Below the pieces are notes generated by a model. The model had not been told where the DNA came from, ran no database searches, and worked only from the letters and a program-made list of their open reading frames with translations. Position numbers and translations under genes: made by a program. From contig JBBISL010000015.1 in NCBI GenBank assembly GCA_037441285.1, positions 1 through 44,679 on the forward strand: 44,679 nucleotides of DNA, given 5' to 3'. Source of the DNA: a candidate division WOR-3 bacterium. Lineage in GTDB: Bacteria; Hydrothermota; Tepidihabitantia; Tepidihabitantales; Tepidihabitantaceae. Below, piece by piece: positions 9,426 through 18,480 of the stretch. Within the stretch, counting starts at the first letter, position 1. The number at the start of each line of letters is the position of its first letter.

Positions 9426-10581
9426 CCCGGCCTCCTTTTTGGGCAAAAAAGTTTATCAGTCTTTCGCCATAGCCGACCGTATTCCCGGTGGCAAAAATCA
9501 GCGCCCGCTCATTGACCAGACTCAAAACCTTCTCATAGACCAGCGCCGGCTCTAACTCCTCACCCAGGTCCACAACCTTCTCGGCGGGCACACCTAACTG
9601 CCGCGCCCGATTGATAAAAACTTTCGTCAAACCGCCCGTGACCACAATATAATCCTTTTCCCAGTCTTTAACCAGTTCCGCCAGTTGTCGGGAACGGTCG
9701 GTCCGGTCCCGGCGACAGTTCACCAGCACAATCCGACGTGCACAATGGTCCTTAACCATCTGCCAGAGCATCCCGATTGAGTCCGGGTCATTTGCCGCCA
9801 GGGTATTGACAACTTCAAGCGTCTTCCCACTATCGAACACCTTATAAATCCGCATTACCCCGGAGTCGGGTAAACTGCGCTGCATCCCGCGCAGTGCATC
9901 CTCCCGCTTAACCCCGAGGCTGGCACACACCGCCAGCGCCAGCGCAACATTCTCCTTATGTTCAATGTAACTGAAACCCCGCATCTCCTCGTCGCTGACC
10001 GTCGCCGGGTCGGTAACAATCATCGCCACCCCTGGTCGAATTCGTTTCTGCAACACCTTAAGCGGTGCCCCACGCTCGGCGGTGAAAAATTTACCGCGCC
10101 GCGGAATCGTATTGCTCAAAGCCCGGGCAACATCCCAAACCGTAGGACCCATCACATCCAGATGGTCGGCACGCACATTGGTAATTACCCCGTGCGTCGG
10201 TTGAATCAGCATCTGCCCCTCAATGCGCTGATACTCCGGTACCAGCGCCATACACTCAATCACCAGTGCCTGCGCCTGATACGCTCTTGCCCGACGCACA
10301 ATCCGCAACTCCTCAATGATGTTTGCCTTGCCCAGCCGCCGCACTGGATACTCCTCACCGTCGCCAACAATGAAGCGGGGTTTTGTGCCGGTGACCTTGG
10401 CGACCACCCGCATCCCACCGGCGCGCAACCCGGCGGCAATCAATCGGGTCACCGAAGATTTACCCCGAGTGCCGTTGACCTGCACCCGCACCGGAATCGC
10501 TTTCAGATTTCTACGATGGAGCTGGTACTCGGCGATGCCAAACCCGATAAACACCAGCACTAGAATGAGTATAAAAATCAT
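9397..10581 (-). CDS. pgsB: Poly-gamma-glutamate synthase PgsB/CapB (Mur-ligase-like)
   Basis: VNGTRGKSSVTRLI, KVTGT, ANIIE, IECMAL, ITNVRADHLDVMGPT, AANDPDS and NCRRDR motifs. Confidence 0.95.
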   Translation of the reverse strand: MIFILILVLVFIGFGIAEYQLHRRNLKAIPVRVQVNGTRGKSSVTRLIAAGLRAGGMRVVAKVTGTKPRFIVGDGEEYPVRRLGKANIIEELRIVRRARAYQAQALVIECMALVPEYQRIEGQMLIQPTHGVITNVRADHLDVMGPTVWDVARALSNTIPRRGKFFTAERGAPLKVLQKRIRPGVAMIVTDPATVSDEEMRGFSYIEHKENVALALAVCASLGVKREDALRGMQRSLPDSGVMRIYKVFDSGKTLEVVNTLAANDPDSIGMLWQMVKDHCARRIVLVNCRRDRTDRSRQLAELVKDWEKDYIVVTGGLTKVFINRARQLGVPAEKVVDLGEELEPALVYEKVLSLVNERALIFATGNTVGYGERLINFFAQKGGRVDNSNHRAR

Positions 10582-10605
10582 CGACCGAGCCTGTCGTTGG
10601 AAAAA

Positions 10606-10633
10606 ATTATATTACCGCCCTTGCCCAAGTCAA
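10606..10633 (-). promoter_or_regulatory. Sigma70-type promoter of the pgs operon
   Basis: TTGACT-16 nt-TATAAT, 24 nt upstream of the pgsB ATG. Confidence 0.7.
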
Positions 10634-10677
10634 TTATCGCCCTCATAAGTTACCACACCTCACACCTTTTCTTCCCA

Positions 10678-11697
10678 TTATCCCTTTTCATCCTTAACCC
10701 GTTCATAATAATCAAGAAACATCTCCTTTATTCTTGCTATTTGCGGAAATCGGCTCCAGGTTAAGAGCAACTCCTCAATGCGCCGTTGCCGTTCAATTGG
10801 GTCAAAACGGGTCTCATCACAGATGCGCATCAGTTCTGGCAGAAGGGAAAGTTTAACCATCGCTATTTTATTTTCCGATAGGTTTTCTCTTCTCAACTCC
10901 GCAACGATTTTATCGGCAAACATCGCCCGCCGGCGCTTTTGGGACTCCTGAATCCGGATCCGCGCTGCCATTCGCTCCTGTAAAAATCGGTCTTCAGCCC
11001 TGATTGGCGTGGTAACGGTTTCTAATGTCTGCTCGGCCAACAATGCCGCCATCGTCCTTAACTTCTCCTCAACCAGTAACGCCATCGCCTGCCGCACCCG
11101 CTCCACCCACTCTTTTTTCAGGGCTATTGGCACCACGCGGCTTGACTCCTTTTTCAACTGCCGCTCCCGGCTTCTGAGCCGGTTGCGGGTGCGCCACAGA
11201 ATCTCAAACCAGCGGCGCCCGATTTGACACAGGGCACCACAAACACTGGTGCGTGCCACCGCCTCACCCAGCTCCTTTAAAACAGAGTAAAGCCGCTCCT
11301 CAACATCGTGCCGCAGAAGTTTCATCTGATAAACCTCCTGCCGGCGTCGTGCCTTCTCTTCTTCGGTGCGGACGAATTTTGGTTTCTTCTCCGGTACGGT
11401 TCTATTCGCACTCTTCTCGACCCTTTCCTGCGGCAGTGACTGCACCGTATAACCCGTTAATAAATCCTCAATCTCGTTAAACTCTGCCCGGCACACCCGC
11501 AAATAGTCGGCAATCAACCCAATCGACGGATTTTTGACCCTGGCGTTTTCCAGCCGGCTCAACACATTACATCCCGCTTTTCCCTTTCCCATAAGTTCTG
11601 CCATCTGCCTGAGGCTCAAATTTGCCCGCTGCCGTAATGAGCGCAGCCGCGCACCCATCTGTTTTGTCCAGACAAACCTATTCATATCCACTTTCAT
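10678..11697 (-). CDS. XRE/Cro-type HTH protein with long helical C-terminal region of unknown function
   Basis: LRSLRQRANLSLRQMAELMG..LSRLENARVKNPSI; true start may be ATG 11685 because the -10 overlaps ATG 11697. Confidence 0.7.
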   Translation of the reverse strand: MKVDMNRFVWTKQMGARLRSLRQRANLSLRQMAELMGKGKAGCNVLSRLENARVKNPSIGLIADYLRVCRAEFNEIEDLLTGYTVQSLPQERVEKSANRTVPEKKPKFVRTEEEKARRRQEVYQMKLLRHDVEERLYSVLKELGEAVARTSVCGALCQIGRRWFEILWRTRNRLRSRERQLKKESSRVVPIALKKEWVERVRQAMALLVEEKLRTMAALLAEQTLETVTTPIRAEDRFLQERMAARIRIQESQKRRRAMFADKIVAELRRENLSENKIAMVKLSLLPELMRICDETRFDPIERQRRIEELLLTWSRFPQIARIKEMFLDYYERVKDEKG

Positions 11698-11722
11698 TAT
11701 ACTTTAAAGTATACAGCGGGCA
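11695..11722 (-). promoter_or_regulatory. Promoter of the HTH gene containing a perfect 16-bp palindrome (possible operator)
   Basis: TTGCCC-16 nt-TATAAT; palindrome TATACTTTAAAGTATA at 11698-11713. Confidence 0.55.
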
Positions 11723-11768
11723 AACCCGGACAAGAAACTAATCCTTTGATACTGTTAAACTTAGCGGT

Positions 11769-12020
11769 CTCGCCCGATTTTCCCTACCCAACCCCGGGGT
11801 AGTCTCGGGAATGGTATGGGAAATTGTGCGGAAAACCATCTCCAACACCGTTTCTATTACGGTTTTAACCCTGACACCCGATTTTCTTTTTGAACTACCA
11901 CCGGCTACTAAACCGGTTTTAATGCCCGCTTTTCAACCAGCATCAGTATCAGAGGCAAAATCAACCATTTTCCGGACTGGCAAAACCCAATCAATCCCAA
12001 CTCGCCGCTCAGGGTGAAAA
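11769..12020. repeat. Highly degenerate ~12-bp-period intergenic tract
   Basis: Weak 12-nt phasing seen by eye; begins with CCGATTTTCCCTACCCAACC, similar to the start of the 43626 tract. Confidence 0.3.
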
Positions 12021-12027
12021 GTTCCAT

Positions 12028-12060
12028 TAAAATTAAGGGGCGCCCCATAAAGAGCGCCCC
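12028..12060 (-). terminator. Rho-independent terminator after the C25 gene
   Basis: GGGGCGCTC-TTTATG-GGGCGCCCC followed by TTAATTTT on the minus strand. Confidence 0.75.
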
Positions 12061-12081
12061 ATTTCCATCAACCGTGAACCG

Positions 12082-15000
12082 CTACTCCACCACTAAGAAC
12101 TTGGCAACCGCACTTGCGCTTGGTGCCCGCACTTTCAGGAAGTAAACGCCATTGGCAAGCCTGCCCGGTTTGTAGAAGAATCTGCCCGCTCCGGGTTCAA
12201 CCGCAAAACTGTGTTGCTCCATAACCCGGCCCGCCGCATCAAACACGAAAAGTTCCAAATCGCCTTTTTCTGGGCTGAAGTAGTTGATGAAGGCACCATT
12301 GCGGAACGGGTTCGGACTGATAACGAGCGGCTTTGCCGCACTCACCTGAACCTCACCCGCCTCCTCTTTCACGCCAAGCAGGTTCGCCTCGTACCAGCGC
12401 TGGCAACTGTCTGCCGCCTCCCAGAACCCGTTGACCGTGGTCGCACCAACAACGCCAAACGCAATCCGCCAGGTGCCGCCCACCGGCAGGTCCTGAGGTC
12501 CGGCCGAAACGAACACCGACCAGTCGTAAGCCCGGTTGGAGTTGCGCTGAACAATCGTACCATTGAGAACCCGGTACTTCTGGTTATCGGTCATACAGGA
12601 GTCCGGATAAACATAGATGGCGTGGTCCAGCGCACCGATGTTGGCATACCTTTCGGGCTCAAGCAGAACCAGACCCGCGCTCGGGTTTTCGCCTGATGAC
12701 TGACGCATCAACACCGCGCGGCGCACCGTATCCGAGGTTACGATGTTTGTGGTCGGAGATGAACCAACATCAAAGTCGGCAATTATGCCCGAGTAGAAAC
12801 CGTTAATCGGCTGGGAACCGTTGTTCGTAAACTCATAGGTCAAAATCGCCCAGTCGTCATAACCGGCATCGCTGTTCATATACAGGTGCTGACTCACCTG
12901 CAGACTCTTGGGCGTTGAATGGCCCGCATCGGTCAGGGTATTAAGCCAGTGCTCATCTGCCGGTGCCGCGGGCGTCACCATCCGGAAACTGTCTGGAGTC
13001 TGCCAGTCGTGATTTGTCCCGCCACTTGCCGGCTGTCCATAGAAATGGTCAACTAAATAGGTTGGCGAGTTGCCCGCCAGCAATGCGCCAAAGTAGAGAC
13101 AGGAAGCCGCACTTTTCGGTACTTTGAAACCCTGACCTAAATCGGTTACCGGTTCATCATAACCGATGGAACCGATTGCACAGACCGAAAGGAGCACCGA
13201 GCCGGTATCAAGGTCAACCATAAACTGCCCGGGCATTGGCGGCTGTCCAACCTGCAACCCGAAGGTGTAGGTCCAGTCGTGCTGGTAATTGTCCGAATGG
13301 ACTTTGAGGGTACAGACCACAACCGTTCCCGGTGGAATCGAACCGTTCGCATGAGCAACAAACGGGTCCGAGCGGTTATTTCTTAAAGAATCCTGCGGGA
13401 TATTGCCATAAGATGATGTGGAGTCTGTAATTACAAACAGGTTGTTGCTTGATTTCAGGCGCGCCGTGACATCCTGAGCCTCGGCGTTGCCCGCATTGCG
13501 CAGCGTTACATATATTTTGCCCGTCTCACCCGGGTCAAACCTGCCGTTGCTGTTGCCACCGGGTGGCGAGTCCACCACCATATTGGAAACATAAACCAGA
13601 TAAGGCTGTGGTGTTCCACCCCCACCTACGGGCCTGGTTGTTGTAAAGGGCAAAATCGGCGTATGCTGCACACCGGAAACAGAGTGCTCAGCATGGCCCT
13701 CGCTCACCGTAATCCGCACATCACCGGGTGTGCTGGCATTAAGCGCCAAAACCGCAACCCCGCTGGCATTGGTCCGTTCCGAGACATAGATGTCCGGCTC
13801 TTTGTAAGCACAGACCAGCGCGCCTTCAACCGGTCTACCACCAACCTGTACCGTAACGTTCAGGTTATATGGTCCAAGCGGAATTGAATCGGGCAGGGTC
13901 ACAGTGGGTGATTGCGGCATACCACCCGCCCAGACCGGCATTGACGGGTCACCAAGCATCACATACATATAGATGTTATCCGGATAAGGTGAACCGGGCC
14001 AGTACTTCGCCACATAGGCATCGACCCCATAGCACTTGATATCGGCAAGGTTGAACACGGTCGGACCGTAGTTGCGAACCCCGGGCACCGTGATTGTCCA
14101 GGTGTCACAGGTTGCCCGCACTAAGGTTGAGCAGATACCGTGATTTGGATAGGTGTAAGAGGCCTGGGTTGCGGCTAAACTCGCCGCCGCACCGCCCGGA
14201 TATTTGTTCATCCACTTTTCCGAAAGGCAGGTATCCTGATAGATGTCGCCACAGTTACACGCGATGTTGTAAACCACCGGTGTCTTGTCGCCATTGGTCA
14301 ATGCGTTCACATGCGAGTTGTACCAGGACCCTTCGGTACCCCATGCCCACCACTCCATATAGTCACCATGGCCGCGATAGGCAACAATACCCCTGCCTTC
14401 ATTTATCGCGATGCTCACCGTGGTATTGCCGGTGTAATAACCCATAATCGTCTCAACCACCGATGGGTTCCAGTAAGGCTTGGGCATAAAGTAAATCCCG
14501 CGCACACAGCCCGAATATTTGCCCGGATATTGCTCGGAATGCGCCGGCATTGAAAGTTTGTCAAGCCAGTTGTTGGTGGCAGGTGGGTTTTTCTGGTACT
14601 TAAGAATCTTTGTAATCTGCTGCGACAGGTCAACCGGATTCTTCACCGAAAGCCGGGCGATGCCGATTTCCGGATAGTTGTCGCCGCTGGGCCAGGGTGC
14701 AATGTCCGAATACCAGAAGTCAGAATGACCTACCCCGGAGTAAGAGCCCATCGGAATGTCGCCATATTCACCAACGAGCAACACCCAGCGTAAAAGCGCC
14801 GGGTTATTGCGGTTGTACTCAGCGCGGATTGAGTCTTTAATCTCCTGGGCGGTAAAACTCGCCTTGGTAATTTTTCGGACCTGATAACCGCGCTGATGAA
14901 CCCAGGCAAGAAGCGAGTCGTTAAGATAGGCGCAGGTGTCAAACTTCTGGTGGCAGAAAACAAGATAGCGCACCCCGGGGGTATAGTCAGTCAACGGCTT

Positions 15001-15666
15001 AACCGGCAGGAAATTGAAGTTGTCCACATAACGGCTATAAAGCGGCACCATCCAATCAGCAACAAACTGGGGGTAATTGCCGCCCGAATAGTCAACCCGA
15101 ACCCGAATCCGCTTGGTCACCTCAATCTCACCTTTTGCCGGATTGACCTGAACCGGATAAACCTGTAAATTCGCCACTCCTAAATCGCGCCACACCCCGG
15201 TATTGACCAGTGCCAGGTCATTGCCCGGATAAGAAGTATTCTGGGTATAGAAAGCCTGGTCAATTACCAGTGGTCCGGGCTCCTGATTATCAAGCAACGG
15301 CGGTTGCAACGGGTAAATCCGGTCAACCTTAAACCGCTCGGTCTCCTTACTCAGGACCCGGGTGCTAACCTTTGCCCCCCGGGGAATTCCTAACAGGACC
15401 GAAACTTTTGGCACCTGGGGCTTACCTTCATCTAACACCGCCATCACCTCACCCGGCAGGTTCAGTCGCACAAACTCCTGACCGTCAACCGCAACCCGTT
15501 CCAGTTCCAGTCCGGGCACAGTGATTTCAAAGGTTGTGCTCCTTGAACCCTGCTCGAGAATTCTGACCGCCGGAACATCGGGCGCACCGTTAACCGGAAG
15601 CCATTCTGCCCGGCTGATACCGATGGCAACAATCGCCATCAGCACTACAAACACACGCCTCACCAT
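12082..15666 (-). CDS. Gingipain-like C25 cysteine peptidase with propeptide and T9SS type-A-like C-terminal domain
   Basis: Signal peptide; propeptide (GKPQVP..LLGIP); YRGHG and NIACNCG His/Cys dyad; MLGDP; PNPFRN..FDAAGR..GVYFLKV tail; AGGAGG RBS. Confidence 0.9.
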   Translation of the reverse strand: MVRRVFVVLMAIVAIGISRAEWLPVNGAPDVPAVRILEQGSRSTTFEITVPGLELERVAVDGQEFVRLNLPGEVMAVLDEGKPQVPKVSVLLGIPRGAKVSTRVLSKETERFKVDRIYPLQPPLLDNQEPGPLVIDQAFYTQNTSYPGNDLALVNTGVWRDLGVANLQVYPVQVNPAKGEIEVTKRIRVRVDYSGGNYPQFVADWMVPLYSRYVDNFNFLPVKPLTDYTPGVRYLVFCHQKFDTCAYLNDSLLAWVHQRGYQVRKITKASFTAQEIKDSIRAEYNRNNPALLRWVLLVGEYGDIPMGSYSGVGHSDFWYSDIAPWPSGDNYPEIGIARLSVKNPVDLSQQITKILKYQKNPPATNNWLDKLSMPAHSEQYPGKYSGCVRGIYFMPKPYWNPSVVETIMGYYTGNTTVSIAINEGRGIVAYRGHGDYMEWWAWGTEGSWYNSHVNALTNGDKTPVVYNIACNCGDIYQDTCLSEKWMNKYPGGAAASLAATQASYTYPNHGICSTLVRATCDTWTITVPGVRNYGPTVFNLADIKCYGVDAYVAKYWPGSPYPDNIYMYVMLGDPSMPVWAGGMPQSPTVTLPDSIPLGPYNLNVTVQVGGRPVEGALVCAYKEPDIYVSERTNASGVAVLALNASTPGDVRITVSEGHAEHSVSGVQHTPILPFTTTRPVGGGGTPQPYLVYVSNMVVDSPPGGNSNGRFDPGETGKIYVTLRNAGNAEAQDVTARLKSSNNLFVITDSTSSYGNIPQDSLRNNRSDPFVAHANGSIPPGTVVVCTLKVHSDNYQHDWTYTFGLQVGQPPMPGQFMVDLDTGSVLLSVCAIGSIGYDEPVTDLGQGFKVPKSAASCLYFGALLAGNSPTYLVDHFYGQPASGGTNHDWQTPDSFRMVTPAAPADEHWLNTLTDAGHSTPKSLQVSQHLYMNSDAGYDDWAILTYEFTNNGSQPINGFYSGIIADFDVGSSPTTNIVTSDTVRRAVLMRQSSGENPSAGLVLLEPERYANIGALDHAIYVYPDSCMTDNQKYRVLNGTIVQRNSNRAYDWSVFVSAGPQDLPVGGTWRIAFGVVGATTVNGFWEAADSCQRWYEANLLGVKEEAGEVQVSAAKPLVISPNPFRNGAFINYFSPEKGDLELFVFDAAGRVMEQHSFAVEPGAGRFFYKPGRLANGVYFLKVRAPSASAVAKFLVVE

Positions 15667-15734
15667 TGGGGACCTCCTGTTGGATGTTTAGGATTATTCA
15701 CTTTTCGGTTTTTGAGAAAACCGCTCATATAAAT

Positions 15735-15762
15735 ATATTAACTCAACAACTGCCCGGGTCAA
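15735..15762 (-). promoter_or_regulatory. Promoter of the C25 gene
   Basis: TTGACC-16 nt-TAATAT. Confidence 0.5.
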
Positions 15763-15770
15763 ATATAATC

Positions 15771-17726
15771 TTATGGTGCGAATATCACCTTCGCCGGTTG
15801 AAATTGACCATTGCCCTCCGGCACGACAATAAAATAAAGACCCGGAGCAACCATTTTGCCCCGCTCATCTCTGCCATCCCAGCGGTAGCGCACCACTCTT
15901 GACCGTTCCGGCGTTATCCTCTTAACCAATCTACCATCCGGCTGATAAACCCTCGCCTCAACCGAAATGCCGGGCACCCCATTGAGTTCCAATACCATCT
16001 TTCTCCGGAAAGGATTGGGTACCACCTGCAACGGTCTATCAACAAACATTGCACCCGGACTTTCTGCCCGTCCGGTTGTTACACCGGGTTTGATAAACAA
16101 CGCCCGGGCTGGTGTCAAGGGCGCCGCGGTACGGGGGTAGTTTCCATTCCAGTAATAGGTCAAACCCGCACTACCATCCCGATTTTGCAACCCGACCGTG
16201 ACCGAACGAAACTCGTTGACCGTTTGGAACTGAATGGCAATCGGATTGTCCTGATTTGAACCGGCAACTGCGGTGTCAAATAGCTGAATCTGAACCTTTT
16301 CCCAGCGGTCGGGCATTCCAAAATAGGAAACTGAATCAAACTGGACAACAAATCTGTGCCCCTGCCGGTCGTAATGGTATAAAATTGTTCCGCACCGGCT
16401 GGGCGCCAAATCGTCCCAGAGAAAAGCAACGATGTTCGGCGGTGCTCCAAAATAGGGCAGTTCTACATTGGTAAAGTCACACCGACTGGTTGTGTCCGCG
16501 GCAATCCAGCCATTGGCACAGATTGAAACATGTCGGTAGTTAACCCCGTAATAGCGCCAGAAACCAAAATCAGCCGGCAACTCCAGCCACCTGGTCTCAT
16601 CATCACCGATTGTCAACACCTCACCGACACCCCGCAGCTCAAACCAGTCGTAAACCGGCATCTCCTGATAACAGGAGTCGGTCCAGTCATAAATCCGATA
16701 ACCATAAGAGTCAGGACCAACCGGCAGATTCATCGAATCACCAACAATTATCGGTATTAGAATTGTATCGCTGTATCCCGACCCGCAGAGAAACAAGTCG
16801 CAGTAAAGCGGTACTTCAACTGGCGCATCAACCATCGCCCGAATCCGAAAGCCATCAACGAGCGAAGCGGTCGTTTCCCCGGTTCCTGCCGGACCGAAAA
16901 CGCCATCGCCATCCAGAACATCAATGAACGGTGTATGACTGACCAGTCTGCCACTGGTAGTACCGATTCCGGCCCCGGCGTTGCGCAGAACCAGGGTTAA
17001 ATCGACCGTTTCGCCCCGGTCAATTTTCCCGTTAGGCACCCCGGCACTGTCCAGAACCCGGAATGTTTTGTAAACCAGTGCCGCTGCCTCAATCGTGTGC
17101 AGGGAGATGTCATCGGCGAAGACCTTCGCCGCGGGATAGACCCCTCAACAGTTGTCAAGGACAAACCCAAGCAGTCCGACCCGAACCGCCTTAACCCTGT
17201 CGGGCTGAACTCCGGGCAGACTTTCCAGCTCCTCCCGGAGAAGAAAACGGTAATCATACCAGTTCAACGAGTCCGGGGCTGGGATGAGATGAAGTTGCGG
17301 GCTGTTCTGCCAGTCACAACCCCGGGTCGCAACATAAATCCTGGTCTCGCCCAGGACCGAGTCATTATCATCAAGGAATTCCAGACAGACCGCTGCTGCG
17401 GCAAACAGGCTGTCACTTTCGCTCTTGGCGCTGAGCCGGCAGGAAACGGAAAACTCTAAACTGTCAATTGAAGGAGTTTCCACGCGCTGATAAAGTTTCA
17501 TCCCCTGATGTAGCATCTTGTGAATCAGCACCTCAAAATCCCGGTCCGGATTGAAACTGTGCTGCCAGCGCAAACGGCAATTCCCGGTATCAGGGAAAAG
17601 CCCCCAGCGCACAACCTGCCATCCTGAATCCGGTGGCAGTTCAAAACCGCCGTTGTAAATCAGTTCTCGGGAATATCCCGGGCTGACAAACAAACCCAGA
17701 ACTATTACAAACCGGATAAATCGCAC
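15771..17726 (-). CDS. Putative secreted selenoprotein (651 aa, Sec194 in NCUG): CBM-like domain, Ig-like domain, GPDxxGY module and FlgD-Ig/T9SS-like C-terminal domain
   Basis: ORFs 17145..17726 and 15771..17039 are in frame. The 105-nt gap has no stop and encodes GVYPAAKVFADDISLHTIEAAALVYKTFRVLDSAG. A SECIS-like hairpin follows the TGA. Signal peptide is only upstream and sorting domain only downstream. Confidence 0.75.
17104..17147 (-). promoter_or_regulatory. In-frame UGA plus candidate bacterial SECIS element
   Basis: UGA GGGGUCUAUCCCG CGGCGAA-GGUC-UUCGCCG AUGAC: perfect 7-bp stem (17114-17131) with AGGUCU apex. Confidence 0.7.
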
Positions 17727-17739
17727 GATTTTTCTATCC

Positions 17740-18321
17740 TTAATAAAGTGGTTGGTTGAGTTTTACCTCGTAGGTTTTGGTGAAATACTCAACCTTGACC
17801 TTGTCCGGTCCTATCTCGGTAATCCTGCGTCCCTCAATCTGGTCCCCTGCCTTAACTTTCCGCTCGCCAATGACCGCCACCCGGCCACCACTTGGTTCCG
17901 CGATAATCGCCCTTAAAACCGGCGTAGTACTTCTTCTTGTGCTGTAGCCGCCCCGGGAACTGCGGACCGTAACCCGGCCCGTTTCCCGTTCTCTTCTTTT
18001 CCGCTCTTTACGCTGTGCTGTCCTCTCTTCTCGTGTTAAACGACGCCGGCCTTCCCTTTCTCTTCTGCCTCGGGAACCGCTAATTCTGGTTTGTGTTGCT
18101 GAACCCTCACCACTTTTTGCGACCGCAGCCGTTCGTGTTTTCTTTTCCCGACTCGCTTTTGCGGTGCCGCCTTTTTTACCCCCAAACGCAACCACCGCAA
18201 TTATCACCACCACCAGAACCGCTACAACCAGAAACAACATCATCTGGAATGAACCAGATTTTTGGGCACCGCGGCGCGGCGGACCCATTCTCGGGGCACC
18301 TGAACGGCTTGAAGACATCAT
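17740..18321 (-). CDS. Single-pass membrane protein with Arg-rich linker and C-terminal GspB/MshK-like beta domain
   Basis: TM helix; tail LRAIIAEPSGGRVAVIGERKVKAGDQIEGRRITEIGPDKV resembles T2SS/pilus accessory domains. Confidence 0.55.
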   Translation of the reverse strand: MMSSSRSGAPRMGPPRRGAQKSGSFQMMLFLVVAVLVVVIIAVVAFGGKKGGTAKASREKKTRTAAVAKSGEGSATQTRISGSRGRREREGRRRLTREERTAQRKERKRRERETGRVTVRSSRGGYSTRRSTTPVLRAIIAEPSGGRVAVIGERKVKAGDQIEGRRITEIGPDKVKVEYFTKTYEVKLNQPLY

Positions 18322-18480
18322 AGCACCCTCCTTGGTTTCCCGGGTATATAGAACTCTTCCGAGTTAAACATTTTTTGATGCTTATTCCTCAAAAACTGGA
18401 TGTTCATCCTGATAAACTCCGCACAAAACAATACACCAAAACCCCGCCTCCTGTCAAGCAAAAACTGATTTCCTAGCCGG

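Noticed and set aside
15771..17039. Independent 422-aa gene starting at GTG 17039
   Set aside because: No clear SD, no signal peptide despite a secretion tail, and it starts mid-domain; better explained by read-through
17114..17131. Hairpin as an intrinsic terminator
   Set aside because: No U-tract on either strand, and it lies in sequence that encodes a domain strand
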